64,000 nt of DNA from a virus. Below are positions 56,282 to 64,000 of this stretch, piece by piece; the stretch's first letter is position 1; every line of letters begins with the position of its first letter. The stretch spans positions 96,001 to 160,000 of the IMG/VR virus record IMGVR_UViG_3300027782_000032. One strand, given 5' to 3'. The notes under the pieces were generated by a model, which saw only the letters and a program-made list of their open reading frames with translations, was not told the origin of the DNA and did not search any database. Position numbers and translations under genes: made by a program.

Positions 56282-57467
56282 TAAGTTTATTCCAATCAAT
56301 AACAGCTTTAGACCAAAGCTTAAAGTAATCGCAGCACTCCTGTGAGCAGCCGCTTTCGTCTGGTGTTAGCGTCATCATCGCTTCAGCTATGTAATTAGAC
56401 ATAACACCAGCATCTGCCTTAGCCTCCTCAGGAGGAGCACTGTAGTTACTTAAAACCCACTCTAGACCTCTCCACACATCTTCATTAAGTCTTATACCTG
56501 AAGCCTCTGCCACTAAGCAATTCATTCTGTCACTAAGCCTAAGGTGATCTAAGTTAGGGTAGCCATAGCACCATGCGTCACCACTAAGCTTTAAAGCAGC
56601 CTGAGCAAACAGACCAAACCATATATCATCGAATCGTTTGTAATTAGACAGCATACCCATAGGAGGAAATAAAGCATGAGGCAACATCGAGTCTATAAAC
56701 GCTAGGTTCATTCCACATATAGGGTAAACCACAGAAGGATGAGCTAACACAGGACCGTGAAGTAAAGGAAGAACTGCTTTCTCAAGAGATGGGTTACTTA
56801 TTCTTTGTATTGAATCAAAATCAGGCATTCCCTCCCACGTACCTACGCTCATTGAAACAAAAGGTTTGTGTAAGTGAGTTGTATTAGTAAAGTACGGCAC
56901 ACCTCTTACGCGCACTCCAGGCACTGTAGAAGACCAGACGTTAAAATCAAATAAATTTGATAAATGAGACTTAAAGAAGTCTCCGCCTCGTTCACCTTTT
57001 GAAGGACGACAGTCATCATCTAATGTAAATACAACATGTTCTCTATATTCATTTATCTTTCTTTTAGCGTTTAAAGAACAAGCTTGAAGAAACCCGTAAC
57101 TTCGTATTGCTGAATCTTTTTTACTAAAACAAGAAAAACCTGCGTATTCAAACATATCTATAGGTATAGGCAAGCAGTCTATCAAATTGTAGTCTGAGCT
57201 TCCTATGTAGGTTGCGTCCCAACTATGAAAATGCAAACGGTATTTTTTAATGTTGATCAGGTCTAACAACTCGCTAAAGTCTTTAAAACCTGATGAATGA
57301 CCGTCATATACTATGTGAACGTCTTCAGGAAAACACTCTAGAGATTCCCAAGCTAACAAAAAATCACTTATCTCATTCAGCCTTATAGTTGGTACTACTA
57401 AGGAAGAATATACTAAAGGAACTTTTGATAAGTTTTGAAGATAGAACGGTTTAAGGATGTTAGTCAT
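56265..57467 (-). CDS. Reversibly glycosylated polypeptide / UDP-arabinopyranose mutase-like protein (GT75)
   Basis: [46 protein letters not shown]. Confidence 0.8.
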   Translation of the reverse strand: MTNILKPFYLQNLSKVPLVYSSLVVPTIRLNEISDFLLAWESLECFPEDVHIVYDGHSSGFKDFSELLDLINIKKYRLHFHSWDATYIGSSDYNLIDCLPIPIDMFEYAGFSCFSKKDSAIRSYGFLQACSLNAKRKINEYREHVVFTLDDDCRPSKGERGGDFFKSHLSNLFDFNVWSSTVPGVRVRGVPYFTNTTHLHKPFVSMSVGTWEGMPDFDSIQRISNPSLEKAVLPLLHGPVLAHPSVVYPICGMNLAFIDSMLPHALFPPMGMLSNYKRFDDIWFGLFAQAALKLSGDAWCYGYPNLDHLRLSDRMNCLVAEASGIRLNEDVWRGLEWVLSNYSAPPEEAKADAGVMSNYIAEAMMTLTPDESGCSQECCDYFKLWSKAVIDWNKLIMRYV

Positions 57468-57477
57468 GTATACCTTT

Positions 57478-58293
57478 CTAGATTACACCGCGCATAAACG
57501 ATGGAATAGGTCTTAAACTTGAATCAATAGGTCCTTGATTACCTCTAAAGAACCATTTGTCAAATCCAGCACCGTCAAAAACCCTGTTATGAAAACCAAG
57601 ACCTTCAGCTAAGTCAACCGGGTTCCAAGTTCTGCTTACTTGTTCACGGTGTTTATTTTTACACATGTCGTAGTCAAGTTTATGAAGGTGAACAAGGAAA
57701 AGGTCGTTGCTTACTTTTGGCTGAGATGGCACGTTTAAAATATGAAAACCAACGTCCCACTTACAAGAAACTTTAGATATAAGAGTCTTGTTATAAATAG
57801 TGTCGTAACGCCAAAAACCTCTTTGATTAAAAATAGGTTTTGACAAATCTATAGAAGGCTCTTTGGCTGGGTCGTGGTCTAATGCCAAACCTACACATCT
57901 TAAAAGTGACAATCCTGGCTCAGCAAACCGCTTAGACACGTACTCGTTAAGGCCGTAAGGATGTAGCTCTGGGTTAGGTACTAATATCTCATCAGACTCT
58001 GCAAACGCTACTACATCATAGCTTTGAAGCAAAAACGATTGAAAAGATTGAACTGTGTCTCTTAGCCACCCATGATCAAAACTAAAAAACCTATGCACCG
58101 GTACAATATTAACTCCAGCTTTCCTATGTCTGTCTAAAGACGCTAAAGAAGATTCTGTTGCAGAGTTGTGATTAAGTATGTATAAATCTTCTTTAGGAAT
58201 GGTCTTAGAATAGTAGTTAACCCATATATCTAAAAAAAAGTCTTCGTTTTGAACAATAGTAAAGGCCGCTAGTTGTTTCTTTGACTTTGACAT
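57478..58293 (-). CDS. GT2/GT92-like glycosyltransferase
   Basis: TIVQNE..L..W..YY..NH.; FAESDEIL; K..GFH; LVHL. Confidence 0.7.
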   Translation of the reverse strand: MSKSKKQLAAFTIVQNEDFFLDIWVNYYSKTIPKEDLYILNHNSATESSLASLDRHRKAGVNIVPVHRFFSFDHGWLRDTVQSFQSFLLQSYDVVAFAESDEILVPNPELHPYGLNEYVSKRFAEPGLSLLRCVGLALDHDPAKEPSIDLSKPIFNQRGFWRYDTIYNKTLISKVSCKWDVGFHILNVPSQPKVSNDLFLVHLHKLDYDMCKNKHREQVSRTWNPVDLAEGLGFHNRVFDGAGFDKWFFRGNQGPIDSSLRPIPSFMRGVI

Positions 58294-58316
58294 TGTAAAT
58301 CCTTAGAAAGAAAAAC

Positions 58317-58961
58317 ATGAACACATGCTACGCTATAATAAGCACTCCAAGGTCTGGGTCAAGCGCATTATCGGGGGTGGTTCATACTTTAGGAATAAGC
58401 ATGGGAGATAGGCTTTTGCCTCCTATGGAACAAAACCCAAAAGGGTTCTATGAGGACATGGAGTTCTTAGAGCACCACGCTAACATGTACGGAAACATAC
58501 CTTACTTGATGGACGGCTTAGAACCAGGAACTCCATCTCCTCCAAACCCTGCGTATGCAAGCCTGATAAGAAGAAGATGCGTAAAACCAAAATGGGGACT
58601 AAAAGACCCTAGAATGGTATTTCTAGTTCAAGATTTCAAAGAATACCTTATGAACTGCAAACTAAAAATAATCAGTACATCAAGGCCTATAAATTTGTCT
58701 GCAAAAAGTATGAGCAAAGTTATAAAAGTAGATTACAGAAGAGCTACTGAAATTATAGGAAGATATGAGGCTGCAAGACTTGACACACTAGCTTGGGCTG
58801 CAGAAGTTGGAATAGAAACGCTTATAGTTCCTTACAACGACTTAATTGACAACACAAAAAACACAGTTAAAAAAGTAGCTGAGTTTTGCGAGATTACTGA
58901 TGAAGCCTATATAGCAAGAGCTACGAGCATAGTTGACGTTTCTTTAAGAAACAACAAGTAA
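58317..58961 (+). CDS. Sulfotransferase-family protein
   Basis: STPRSGSS 5'-PSB loop; NPKGFYED; WGLKDPR; YNDL. Confidence 0.8.
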   Translation: MNTCYAIISTPRSGSSALSGVVHTLGISMGDRLLPPMEQNPKGFYEDMEFLEHHANMYGNIPYLMDGLEPGTPSPPNPAYASLIRRRCVKPKWGLKDPRMVFLVQDFKEYLMNCKLKIISTSRPINLSAKSMSKVIKVDYRRATEIIGRYEAARLDTLAWAAEVGIETLIVPYNDLIDNTKNTVKKVAEFCEITDEAYIARATSIVDVSLRNNK

Positions 58962-59213
58962 CTAAGAGTTGTCTTCTGAATCAATTGATAGGCCAGACCT
59001 GTATACTCCAGGAGACCACTCCTTGCAGTTAAGCCTAGTGCATGGAACGCATATCCTGTTTCTACATACGTCGTTAGACATAAACTGCTTGCCACATCTA
59101 AGGCAATTCTTGTAGCCACAGTTAGCTCGCTTGTTATATCTGTTGTCCACTTTCTTTGCAGGCTTCTTACCTACTTTTTTGGACTTTCCTTTTTCTTCTT
59201 CTCTTTTTGACAC
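58962..59213 (-). CDS. Small basic Zn-ribbon protein
   Basis: CLRCGK.F..NRIC..C. Confidence 0.6.
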   Translation of the reverse strand: MSKREEEKGKSKKVGKKPAKKVDNRYNKRANCGYKNCLRCGKQFMSNDVCRNRICVPCTRLNCKEWSPGVYRSGLSIDSEDNS

Positions 59214-59659
59214 TTATTGCCACCTCCATGTGGCTTAGCCGTTGTTTCCGGTACCTCGTCAAGATCATCCTGATCATCCAAAGAACAGTCAAGGCTAAGT
59301 AGCTCATTAATAAACTTATTAGAAGACTCCCGCTCAGATACAGCTTCAATGTAGGCGTCGCTGGTTATAGCTGAATATATGATGTCTCTAGTAATACGGT
59401 CTGACCCAGGGATCTCTACTCCTTCCTTGGTTGAAGCTACTGCAAACGGCTCCCTATCTGGTATCGAGCCTGCAGACTTCCACCTTTTATCAAATATAGA
59501 GATCACATCAGACATCTGGCTATAGTTGTAACTCTCTCCAGGCATAGGGTATTTAGGCAAGACATCAGGAAGTTTTTCAAACACAGGAGGTACATATACT
59601 ACATAGGTTTTAAACTTAGTGTCTTTATGCATGGAGTAAGATTCCTTTCTTAATACCAA
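59171..59659 (-). CDS. Hypothetical protein
   Basis: 162-aa ORF. Confidence 0.55.
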   Translation of the reverse strand: MVLRKESYSMHKDTKFKTYVVYVPPVFEKLPDVLPKYPMPGESYNYSQMSDVISIFDKRWKSAGSIPDREPFAVASTKEGVEIPGSDRITRDIIYSAITSDAYIEAVSERESSNKFINELLSLDCSLDDQDDLDEVPETTAKPHGGGNKCQKEKKKKESPKK

Positions 59660-59671
59660 CGTATAGTTAGG

Positions 59672-60469
59672 CTATTCCTCATCAGCTGAATAAAACGAAC
59701 CGTATTGCCTTATCAGCCTTCTACGCCTAAAAGCCTCGTCTACCTTAATAGACCTTAAGGGGCCATCGTAAAGCATGGATACAGGAAAGCAACAAAAATT
59801 AATAGCAGCTTTTCCAAATCTTTTTGACGAGCACAAAGAAGACTTAGCGGTCTTAGAGTCCTTGTGACAGTAAGATATCTGCTTAAGAGTAAGCTTGTAT
59901 ACTCTCTCTCCATCTAGTAAGTGAGAGTGTACTATAAGCATTTCAGATACTCCTGCAACTCTATTAGCTGAAAGAGAAGCAGGACGCATCTTCCATCTTG
60001 GAGAAAACATGCTTAAACCTTTGTCAGATATGGCTTTACTGCTAGATCCTACAGGTATATAAGAAACTTTCTCACTGTAAAAAAAGCCATAGTCTTTATA
60101 CTTATCGCTGCCTTTACATAAGCTACTCGTCATACGCCTATAAGCTCTGCATATTGACCTATTCCAACAGTATGGGCAATATCTTATCTTACTGCATTTG
60201 TAAGCCTTCTTCTTATCTTTGTCTTTAGAGAACCTAAGGTAAGAAGGAAGTGTGCATTTTCTCAAAGAAAAGCATAAAAAAGGATAACGTGTTTTAAGGT
60301 CTTGCAATCTTTCAAAAGCCTTAAAAAAAGCTTTAATCTTTTTACTTCTCAAGTATAAAAACTTTGACATAGCGCCAGCACGACTTTTAATGCCGTGCTG
60401 CGCTACAGTTGCAAATAACTCTAAATAAAAACAGCTTTTATAAAACCTAGATACGAGGCTGGTTGCCAT
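59672..60469 (-). CDS. Basic hypothetical protein with a Cys cluster
   Basis: C..C..CPYC; Lys/Arg-rich. Confidence 0.55.
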   Translation of the reverse strand: MATSLVSRFYKSCFYLELFATVAQHGIKSRAGAMSKFLYLRSKKIKAFFKAFERLQDLKTRYPFLCFSLRKCTLPSYLRFSKDKDKKKAYKCSKIRYCPYCWNRSICRAYRRMTSSLCKGSDKYKDYGFFYSEKVSYIPVGSSSKAISDKGLSMFSPRWKMRPASLSANRVAGVSEMLIVHSHLLDGERVYKLTLKQISYCHKDSKTAKSSLCSSKRFGKAAINFCCFPVSMLYDGPLRSIKVDEAFRRRRLIRQYGSFYSADEE

Positions 60470-60487
60470 TTCTTGCCTTCAATTCTT

Positions 60488-61033
60488 TTAGTTAAACTCA
60501 GCCATAGCTTTTCCAAACATATCGTTAAACCTTCCACTGTTAGTTGAAGCTTTCTTATCAGTAGGCTTAGTGCTGAAAGTCTCCCACTCCCCTAACGATA
60601 CATTATCGCCAGATCTGATAATGTCTGCCTTATACAGAATTTCTTCTTTAACAGAAGAGTACTGCATAAGCATTATTTCCTTCCTTAGCGGGTGATTGGC
60701 AACAGAACCGTATTCATCAAAAGCTTTTTCAACTCCACCTTTTTCGGATTCTAAGCACCAGCTCTCAGCAACAAATACGTACTCCTTTACAGAGCCATTC
60801 TGTATTCTGGCTTTCATGTCAGACATTACGTTATCTTTGTCTCTGTTGTTTCTGAACGCTACAGGTTTAACTTCAATCTTCTCATCTTCTGATGAAGTAA
60901 AGAATACCGGAGGGTGCTCACAGTTAGCCTCCATTACAGACTTTACAAGCTTTTTAATCATAGGAATTTTGTTAAAAAGTTTGCTGTTAATATCGCTCAT
61001 AGTACACCTCGATAAAAGTTGTTTAAACATCAT
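60488..61033 (-). CDS. Hypothetical protein
   Basis: 181-aa ORF; YVFVAESW motif seen in phage hypotheticals. Confidence 0.6.
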   Translation of the reverse strand: MMFKQLLSRCTMSDINSKLFNKIPMIKKLVKSVMEANCEHPPVFFTSSEDEKIEVKPVAFRNNRDKDNVMSDMKARIQNGSVKEYVFVAESWCLESEKGGVEKAFDEYGSVANHPLRKEIMLMQYSSVKEEILYKADIIRSGDNVSLGEWETFSTKPTDKKASTNSGRFNDMFGKAMAEFN

Positions 61034-61736
61034 CGCCTACGTTGGCGTTTGAGAAAAAATGAGAGTATGCTTTTTTACCTTTAAGCATTCTCCTAATCGT
61101 ATCCATAGCTTTTGCCAATATTTGACGAGCTCTTTCTCTAGTAATTCCAAGTTTATCTCCTATCTGCTGTAAATTTAGACCTTTGTTGTATTTGTATTTA
61201 ATAATCATCTTAGACCTTGAATCTAAATGCTCTGATATAATATCCCACATAACTTCGTTTCCGCCCACGCTATCAATAAGATCTAAGGCCCAACTAGTTT
61301 CTTTTTCTTTATATTCTAAATCTTTAAAAACAGATCCAGCAGAGTTAACTACTTTAGTTTTTACAGAATAATAAGATACAAAAGTGCAGTAAGGAAATAT
61401 TACCTCATGTGAGTCTTTCAACTCTTTCCAACTGGCAGCCATGTGATCAGATTCAAATCTTACAAATGTAGCTTTAACGTGTTTAAAACAATAATTAAAA
61501 ACTCTATCTTTAAAAAAGTTATCGCTATAACAGTTAGCAAAAAACAAAGAACTGTTAAAAGATAAAGCTATAGAGCCAAGGTAGTCTTTGCTATCGCCTC
61601 CAAAGACTTTAGCTAGTTCATCAGACAGTGCAATAATCAAATCTTGGTACCTATACCACATGTATTCAAAATTATAATGTTTAGTTACTCTACCTCGTAC
61701 CTTAACCGGCTTAGTTAGCACTTCTTTTACCGACAT
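61023..61736 (-). CDS. Sigma70-family region-4 protein (phage sigma-factor-like)
   Basis: IIKYKY..LNLQQIGDKLGITRERARQI..KA...IR; region 2 divergent. Confidence 0.7.
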   Translation of the reverse strand: MSVKEVLTKPVKVRGRVTKHYNFEYMWYRYQDLIIALSDELAKVFGGDSKDYLGSIALSFNSSLFFANCYSDNFFKDRVFNYCFKHVKATFVRFESDHMAASWKELKDSHEVIFPYCTFVSYYSVKTKVVNSAGSVFKDLEYKEKETSWALDLIDSVGGNEVMWDIISEHLDSRSKMIIKYKYNKGLNLQQIGDKLGITRERARQILAKAMDTIRRMLKGKKAYSHFFSNANVGDDV

Positions 61737-61809
61737 GATTCAATCCTAGAAATGTAGTTAATTTGTAAATTAAATAAGTCTGCAGAGCCTATTTTAAAGT
61801 AGACTCTGC

Positions 61810-61863
61810 AGTAAACAAAAGTAAACTGTTTACCGGTTAGTAAACGAAAGTAAACCGTTTACC
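61810..61863. repeat. 25-bp direct repeat x2 built from GTAAAC/GTTTAC hexamers
   Basis: agtaaacaaaagtaaactgtttacc (61810) and agtaaacgaaagtaaaccgtttacc (61839). Confidence 0.8.
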
Positions 61864-61870
61864 AAAAGTG

Positions 61871-62152
61871 CTAGTTAAAAGAAACAACAGCACCCTTGGG
61901 ATCGGCTACTACAAACCAAGACCCTTCAACCCTGGCATTGTTATCGCCAAGAGTCCATATGTTAACTCTCCACCTGTCGCTATAAACGTTTATGGCTTCA
62001 GATTTTATAACTCCAGAAGGATAGGTCACAAGTTTAGAAAGGTTGTTAATAATAACCTTGTCTATTTGAACCTTACCTTCTTTCTTAAGCTTTGGAGACG
62101 TCTCCAACTGCTCATCTTCTTTATGATCAATAGCCATTCTACTTACCTCCAA
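61871..62152 (-). CDS. Hypothetical protein
   Basis: 93 aa; NVYSDRWRVNIW. Confidence 0.6.
   Translation of the reverse strand: MEVSRMAIDHKEDEQLETSPKLKKEGKVQIDKVIINNLSKLVTYPSGVIKSEAINVYSDRWRVNIWTLGDNNARVEGSWFVVADPKGAVVSFN
62092..62107. promoter_or_regulatory. Palindrome site 9 (in CDS, frame L-E-T-S-P)
   Basis: TTGGAGACGTCTCCAA, perfect 16-mer. Confidence 0.8.
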
Positions 62153-62173
62153 GTAAGAGTTTGTCAGCCAATT

Positions 62174-62557
62174 TTACCACTGCAAGCTCTCACCAGCTAC
62201 GAAGTTCTCACATTCTTGCATAGCTCCCCAGAACTGCTTTCTTACTTCAGACATGTAGCCTGTAAAAAGCTCTTCTTGTTCAGGAACGTTAGGAGTCTGT
62301 ATGCAACAACTAAAGAACTTACCGTTATCAGCGGTTGCTGATAAAACTATTTCATTAGCTGTATCTTTGAACACTAAGTCAATATTTGTAAGTATAGTTT
62401 TACGTAAAATGTGTTCTTTAATAAAAAGAACCGGATTCTTATCGGTAGAAAATCCAACTAATCCGCTTGCAATGCAGGTAGCTAGTCCATCCATGGCTTC
62501 CTCCTTTAAAAATAAAACTACTACTTTCTCAAAAACACACCTATTTTCTCTAAACAT
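62174..62557 (-). CDS. Hypothetical protein
   Basis: Probable start MDGLAT (AAGGAGG upstream). Confidence 0.55.
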   Translation of the reverse strand: MFRENRCVFEKVVVLFLKEEAMDGLATCIASGLVGFSTDKNPVLFIKEHILRKTILTNIDLVFKDTANEIVLSATADNGKFFSCCIQTPNVPEQEELFTGYMSEVRKQFWGAMQECENFVAGESLQW

Positions 62558-63105
62558 TCAATAACCCTGCTAAGCCCCGTCTTAGTGACGTAATCGCTTA
62601 ATTTTAAGCTACTGCAGGCCGCTAGAATCAAAGACTCAGTAGACTTTGTTATATCAGCCAGCGTTCTGTACCCTATCTCATAAAGAAAGTTCTTTGTCTT
62701 CTTATCAAACAAATCGCAGTCTTTGATTAAAATAGCCCTCATGCTAGGAGCTGAAAGCCTTCCACTATGATGTGCAATATTCATTGAGTCTCTTAGTTCT
62801 AGATGCTTCCTAGTAATACGAGTGTGCTTTCCAAACCTACGCTTTTTAGGTTTGTTAAGCTTAGGCTCCTTGACAGCTGGAAGACCAAGCCTACACCCAT
62901 CGCGTTGTACATCTAGCAAGTTTAACTCTTCAAAGTTATCGCTAAAGTCATCTCTAAATTTATCTGGACTAACCACCTTACCTAATTTAAACCTAGCTTT
63001 GTTACTAGGGCTAAGTACTATGTTCAGGTTAACCTTATCACCAATACTGTTTAAAAGTTCGGTGAGTTGATCCATGTCTAAGTTGAGTCTTAGGTCTTTT
63101 ATCAT
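62521..63105 (-). CDS. Protein with a C-terminal alpha-CTD-like/HhH domain
   Basis: KTKNFL..IGYRTLADIT..TE..IL..G...V..CL..IG..L. Confidence 0.45.
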   Translation of the reverse strand: MIKDLRLNLDMDQLTELLNSIGDKVNLNIVLSPSNKARFKLGKVVSPDKFRDDFSDNFEELNLLDVQRDGCRLGLPAVKEPKLNKPKKRRFGKHTRITRKHLELRDSMNIAHHSGRLSAPSMRAILIKDCDLFDKKTKNFLYEIGYRTLADITKSTESLILAACSSLKLSDYVTKTGLSRVIECLEKIGVFLRK

Positions 63106-63132
63106 GTTAAAATCCTTAATGAGGTGTTGTTC

Positions 63133-63187
63133 TGTACACGTTCCACTTAATTCACTATATTCTAAAGAATATAGTAGTATACTTTTA
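63133..63187 (+). repeat. 55-bp inverted repeat, left copy
   Basis: Exact reverse complement of 63585-63639; internal palindrome ACTATATTCT-AA-AGAATATAGT. Confidence 0.9.
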
Positions 63188-63197
63188 GCTCTATTTA

Positions 63198-63572
63198 TTA
63201 TTCAATTTCGTTTGGAAACTGGTCAGCCTCTTCTCCATCGGAAAGCCAAGGTGAAACTGGTCCTATAGGTTTGATATCAACTAGCTCAGCTCTTCTCCAT
63301 ATTTTTAGAAAGTTACTGCTTTCAAACAAACTGTTCATAAAATAACCTTCTACGTAATCAAAACTTAAAAAGTCAAAATCATCAGGATTAAGACCTTTTT
63401 CAGTTAACTGTTCTTTAACTTTTGCTATTGCACACTCATGGTGCTTTCCTAAAGACACTTGAAACTTTGTACACGAGAGCTTTACAAAGTGAGGTATCTT
63501 TGAATATTTAGTTCTTACAGCTTCACTTTTATCCTTATGATTTTTTAAAACTACACACCTTACAGAAGCCAT
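63198..63572 (-). CDS. Hypothetical protein enclosed by the inverted repeats
   Basis: 124 aa; AAAGGA RBS directly after the right repeat. Confidence 0.65.
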   Translation of the reverse strand: MASVRCVVLKNHKDKSEAVRTKYSKIPHFVKLSCTKFQVSLGKHHECAIAKVKEQLTEKGLNPDDFDFLSFDYVEGYFMNSLFESSNFLKIWRRAELVDIKPIGPVSPWLSDGEEADQFPNEIE

Positions 63573-63584
63573 GGTTTAATCCTT

Positions 63585-63639
63585 TAAAAGTATACTACTA
63601 TATTCTTTAGAATATAGTGAATTAAGTGGAACGTGTACA
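63585..63639 (-). repeat. 55-bp inverted repeat, right copy
   Basis: 55/55 match to the left copy. Confidence 0.9.
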
Positions 63640-63688
63640 AACTACTGTACAAATTGTTTAAACAGTTCCACTTTTAAACCAAATCTAG

Positions 63689-63904
63689 TTATTCATTCTC
63701 TTCTTCTTCATTATCACCATTCCACTCTGCGAGCTCCATCATTAGGGATTCTAGCTCTTCAAAAGTAAGATCTTTGCATTCGTCTTCTAAACCTCTCTCG
63801 GCATAGAAGATCATCTCTGAGCCATCGCCGTCGTCTTTCATTGTTGCCATTTTGACTTCAATGTATTCAGCTCTTAACTGCTCAAGTTCTTTCTGATCTT
63901 TCAT
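63689..63904 (-). CDS. Small acidic hypothetical protein
   Basis: 71 aa, Glu/Asp-rich. Confidence 0.55.
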   Translation of the reverse strand: MKDQKELEQLRAEYIEVKMATMKDDGDGSEMIFYAERGLEDECKDLTFEELESLMMELAEWNGDNEEEENE

Positions 63905-64000
63905 AACTTACCTTTCATTTTGTGGTTTAAAGGAAATTTTATCTAAATTTTAAACTCTTTATGTCAAAAGACTTACGAGCTTAAATAGACTATTTATAAT

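Noticed and set aside
59672-60469. Rolling-circle Rep (HUH) similarity
   Set aside because: C..CPYC and VHSH are suggestive, but no convincing motif I or catalytic Tyr motif was found.
6454-62107. Palindrome as a cloning artefact (it contains BsmBI and AatII sites)
   Set aside because: The copies preserve long reading frames in conserved genes, flanks vary (G/T and C/A/T), and a one-mismatch copy exists, so it looks native.
1206-62564. Most plus-strand ORFs in the track (e.g. 1206-1430, 7031-7306, 15838-16185, 32039-32368, 54163-54525)
   Set aside because: Antisense shadows of well-supported minus-strand genes, with no motifs or RBS.
1-64000. Stop-codon reassignment, tRNA genes, or a diversity-generating retroelement for the 26-aa repeats
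   Set aside because: Genes tile tightly under code 11 and end in all three stop codons. I saw no tRNA T-loop/cloverleaf, no reverse transcriptase and no TR/VR pair with adenine-specific differences. This was a visual scan; tRNAscan was not run.

Overview
The window is a 64-kb slice of a large (jumbo-type) tailed dsDNA bacteriophage genome. It is gene-dense, uses the standard genetic code and is almost entirely encoded on the minus strand. Contents: (i) Gly/Ala-rich putative virion or internal proteins and a holin-like gene (0-9 kb); (ii) an array of self-contained promoter-gene-terminator cassettes (10.1-13.4 kb, with a sixth at 23.4-24.5 kb); (iii) about a dozen glycosyltransferase-like genes, plus a cupin, a methyltransferase, a plant-type RGP/UDP-arabinopyranose-mutase-like protein and a sulfotransferase, mostly downstream of a portal-like gene; (iv) a full replication/recombination module (RuvC-like resolvase, DEDDh exonuclease, RecA-like protein, SSB candidate, dNMP kinase, UDG-fused PolA, primase, DnaB-like and SF2 helicases, SbcCD); (v) regulators (CsrA, a sigma70 region-4 protein, two RNAP alpha-CTD-like proteins). 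I saw no tRNA, CRISPR array, integrase, terminase or major capsid gene. The strongest unexplained signals are four. A 14-16 bp perfect palindrome (TGGAGACGTCTCCA) occurs nine times, six of them inside unrelated genes in all three reading frames, and a ParB/DUF1016-like HTH protein is a candidate binder. The modular cassette array has a fixed junction motif. A C-terminal peptide LGDF[KR]xWLxP is shared by unrelated proteins. A single gene is boxed by perfect 55-bp inverted repeats. Family assignments come from motif recognition by eye, not database searches. A host such as a planctomycete is only an inference.
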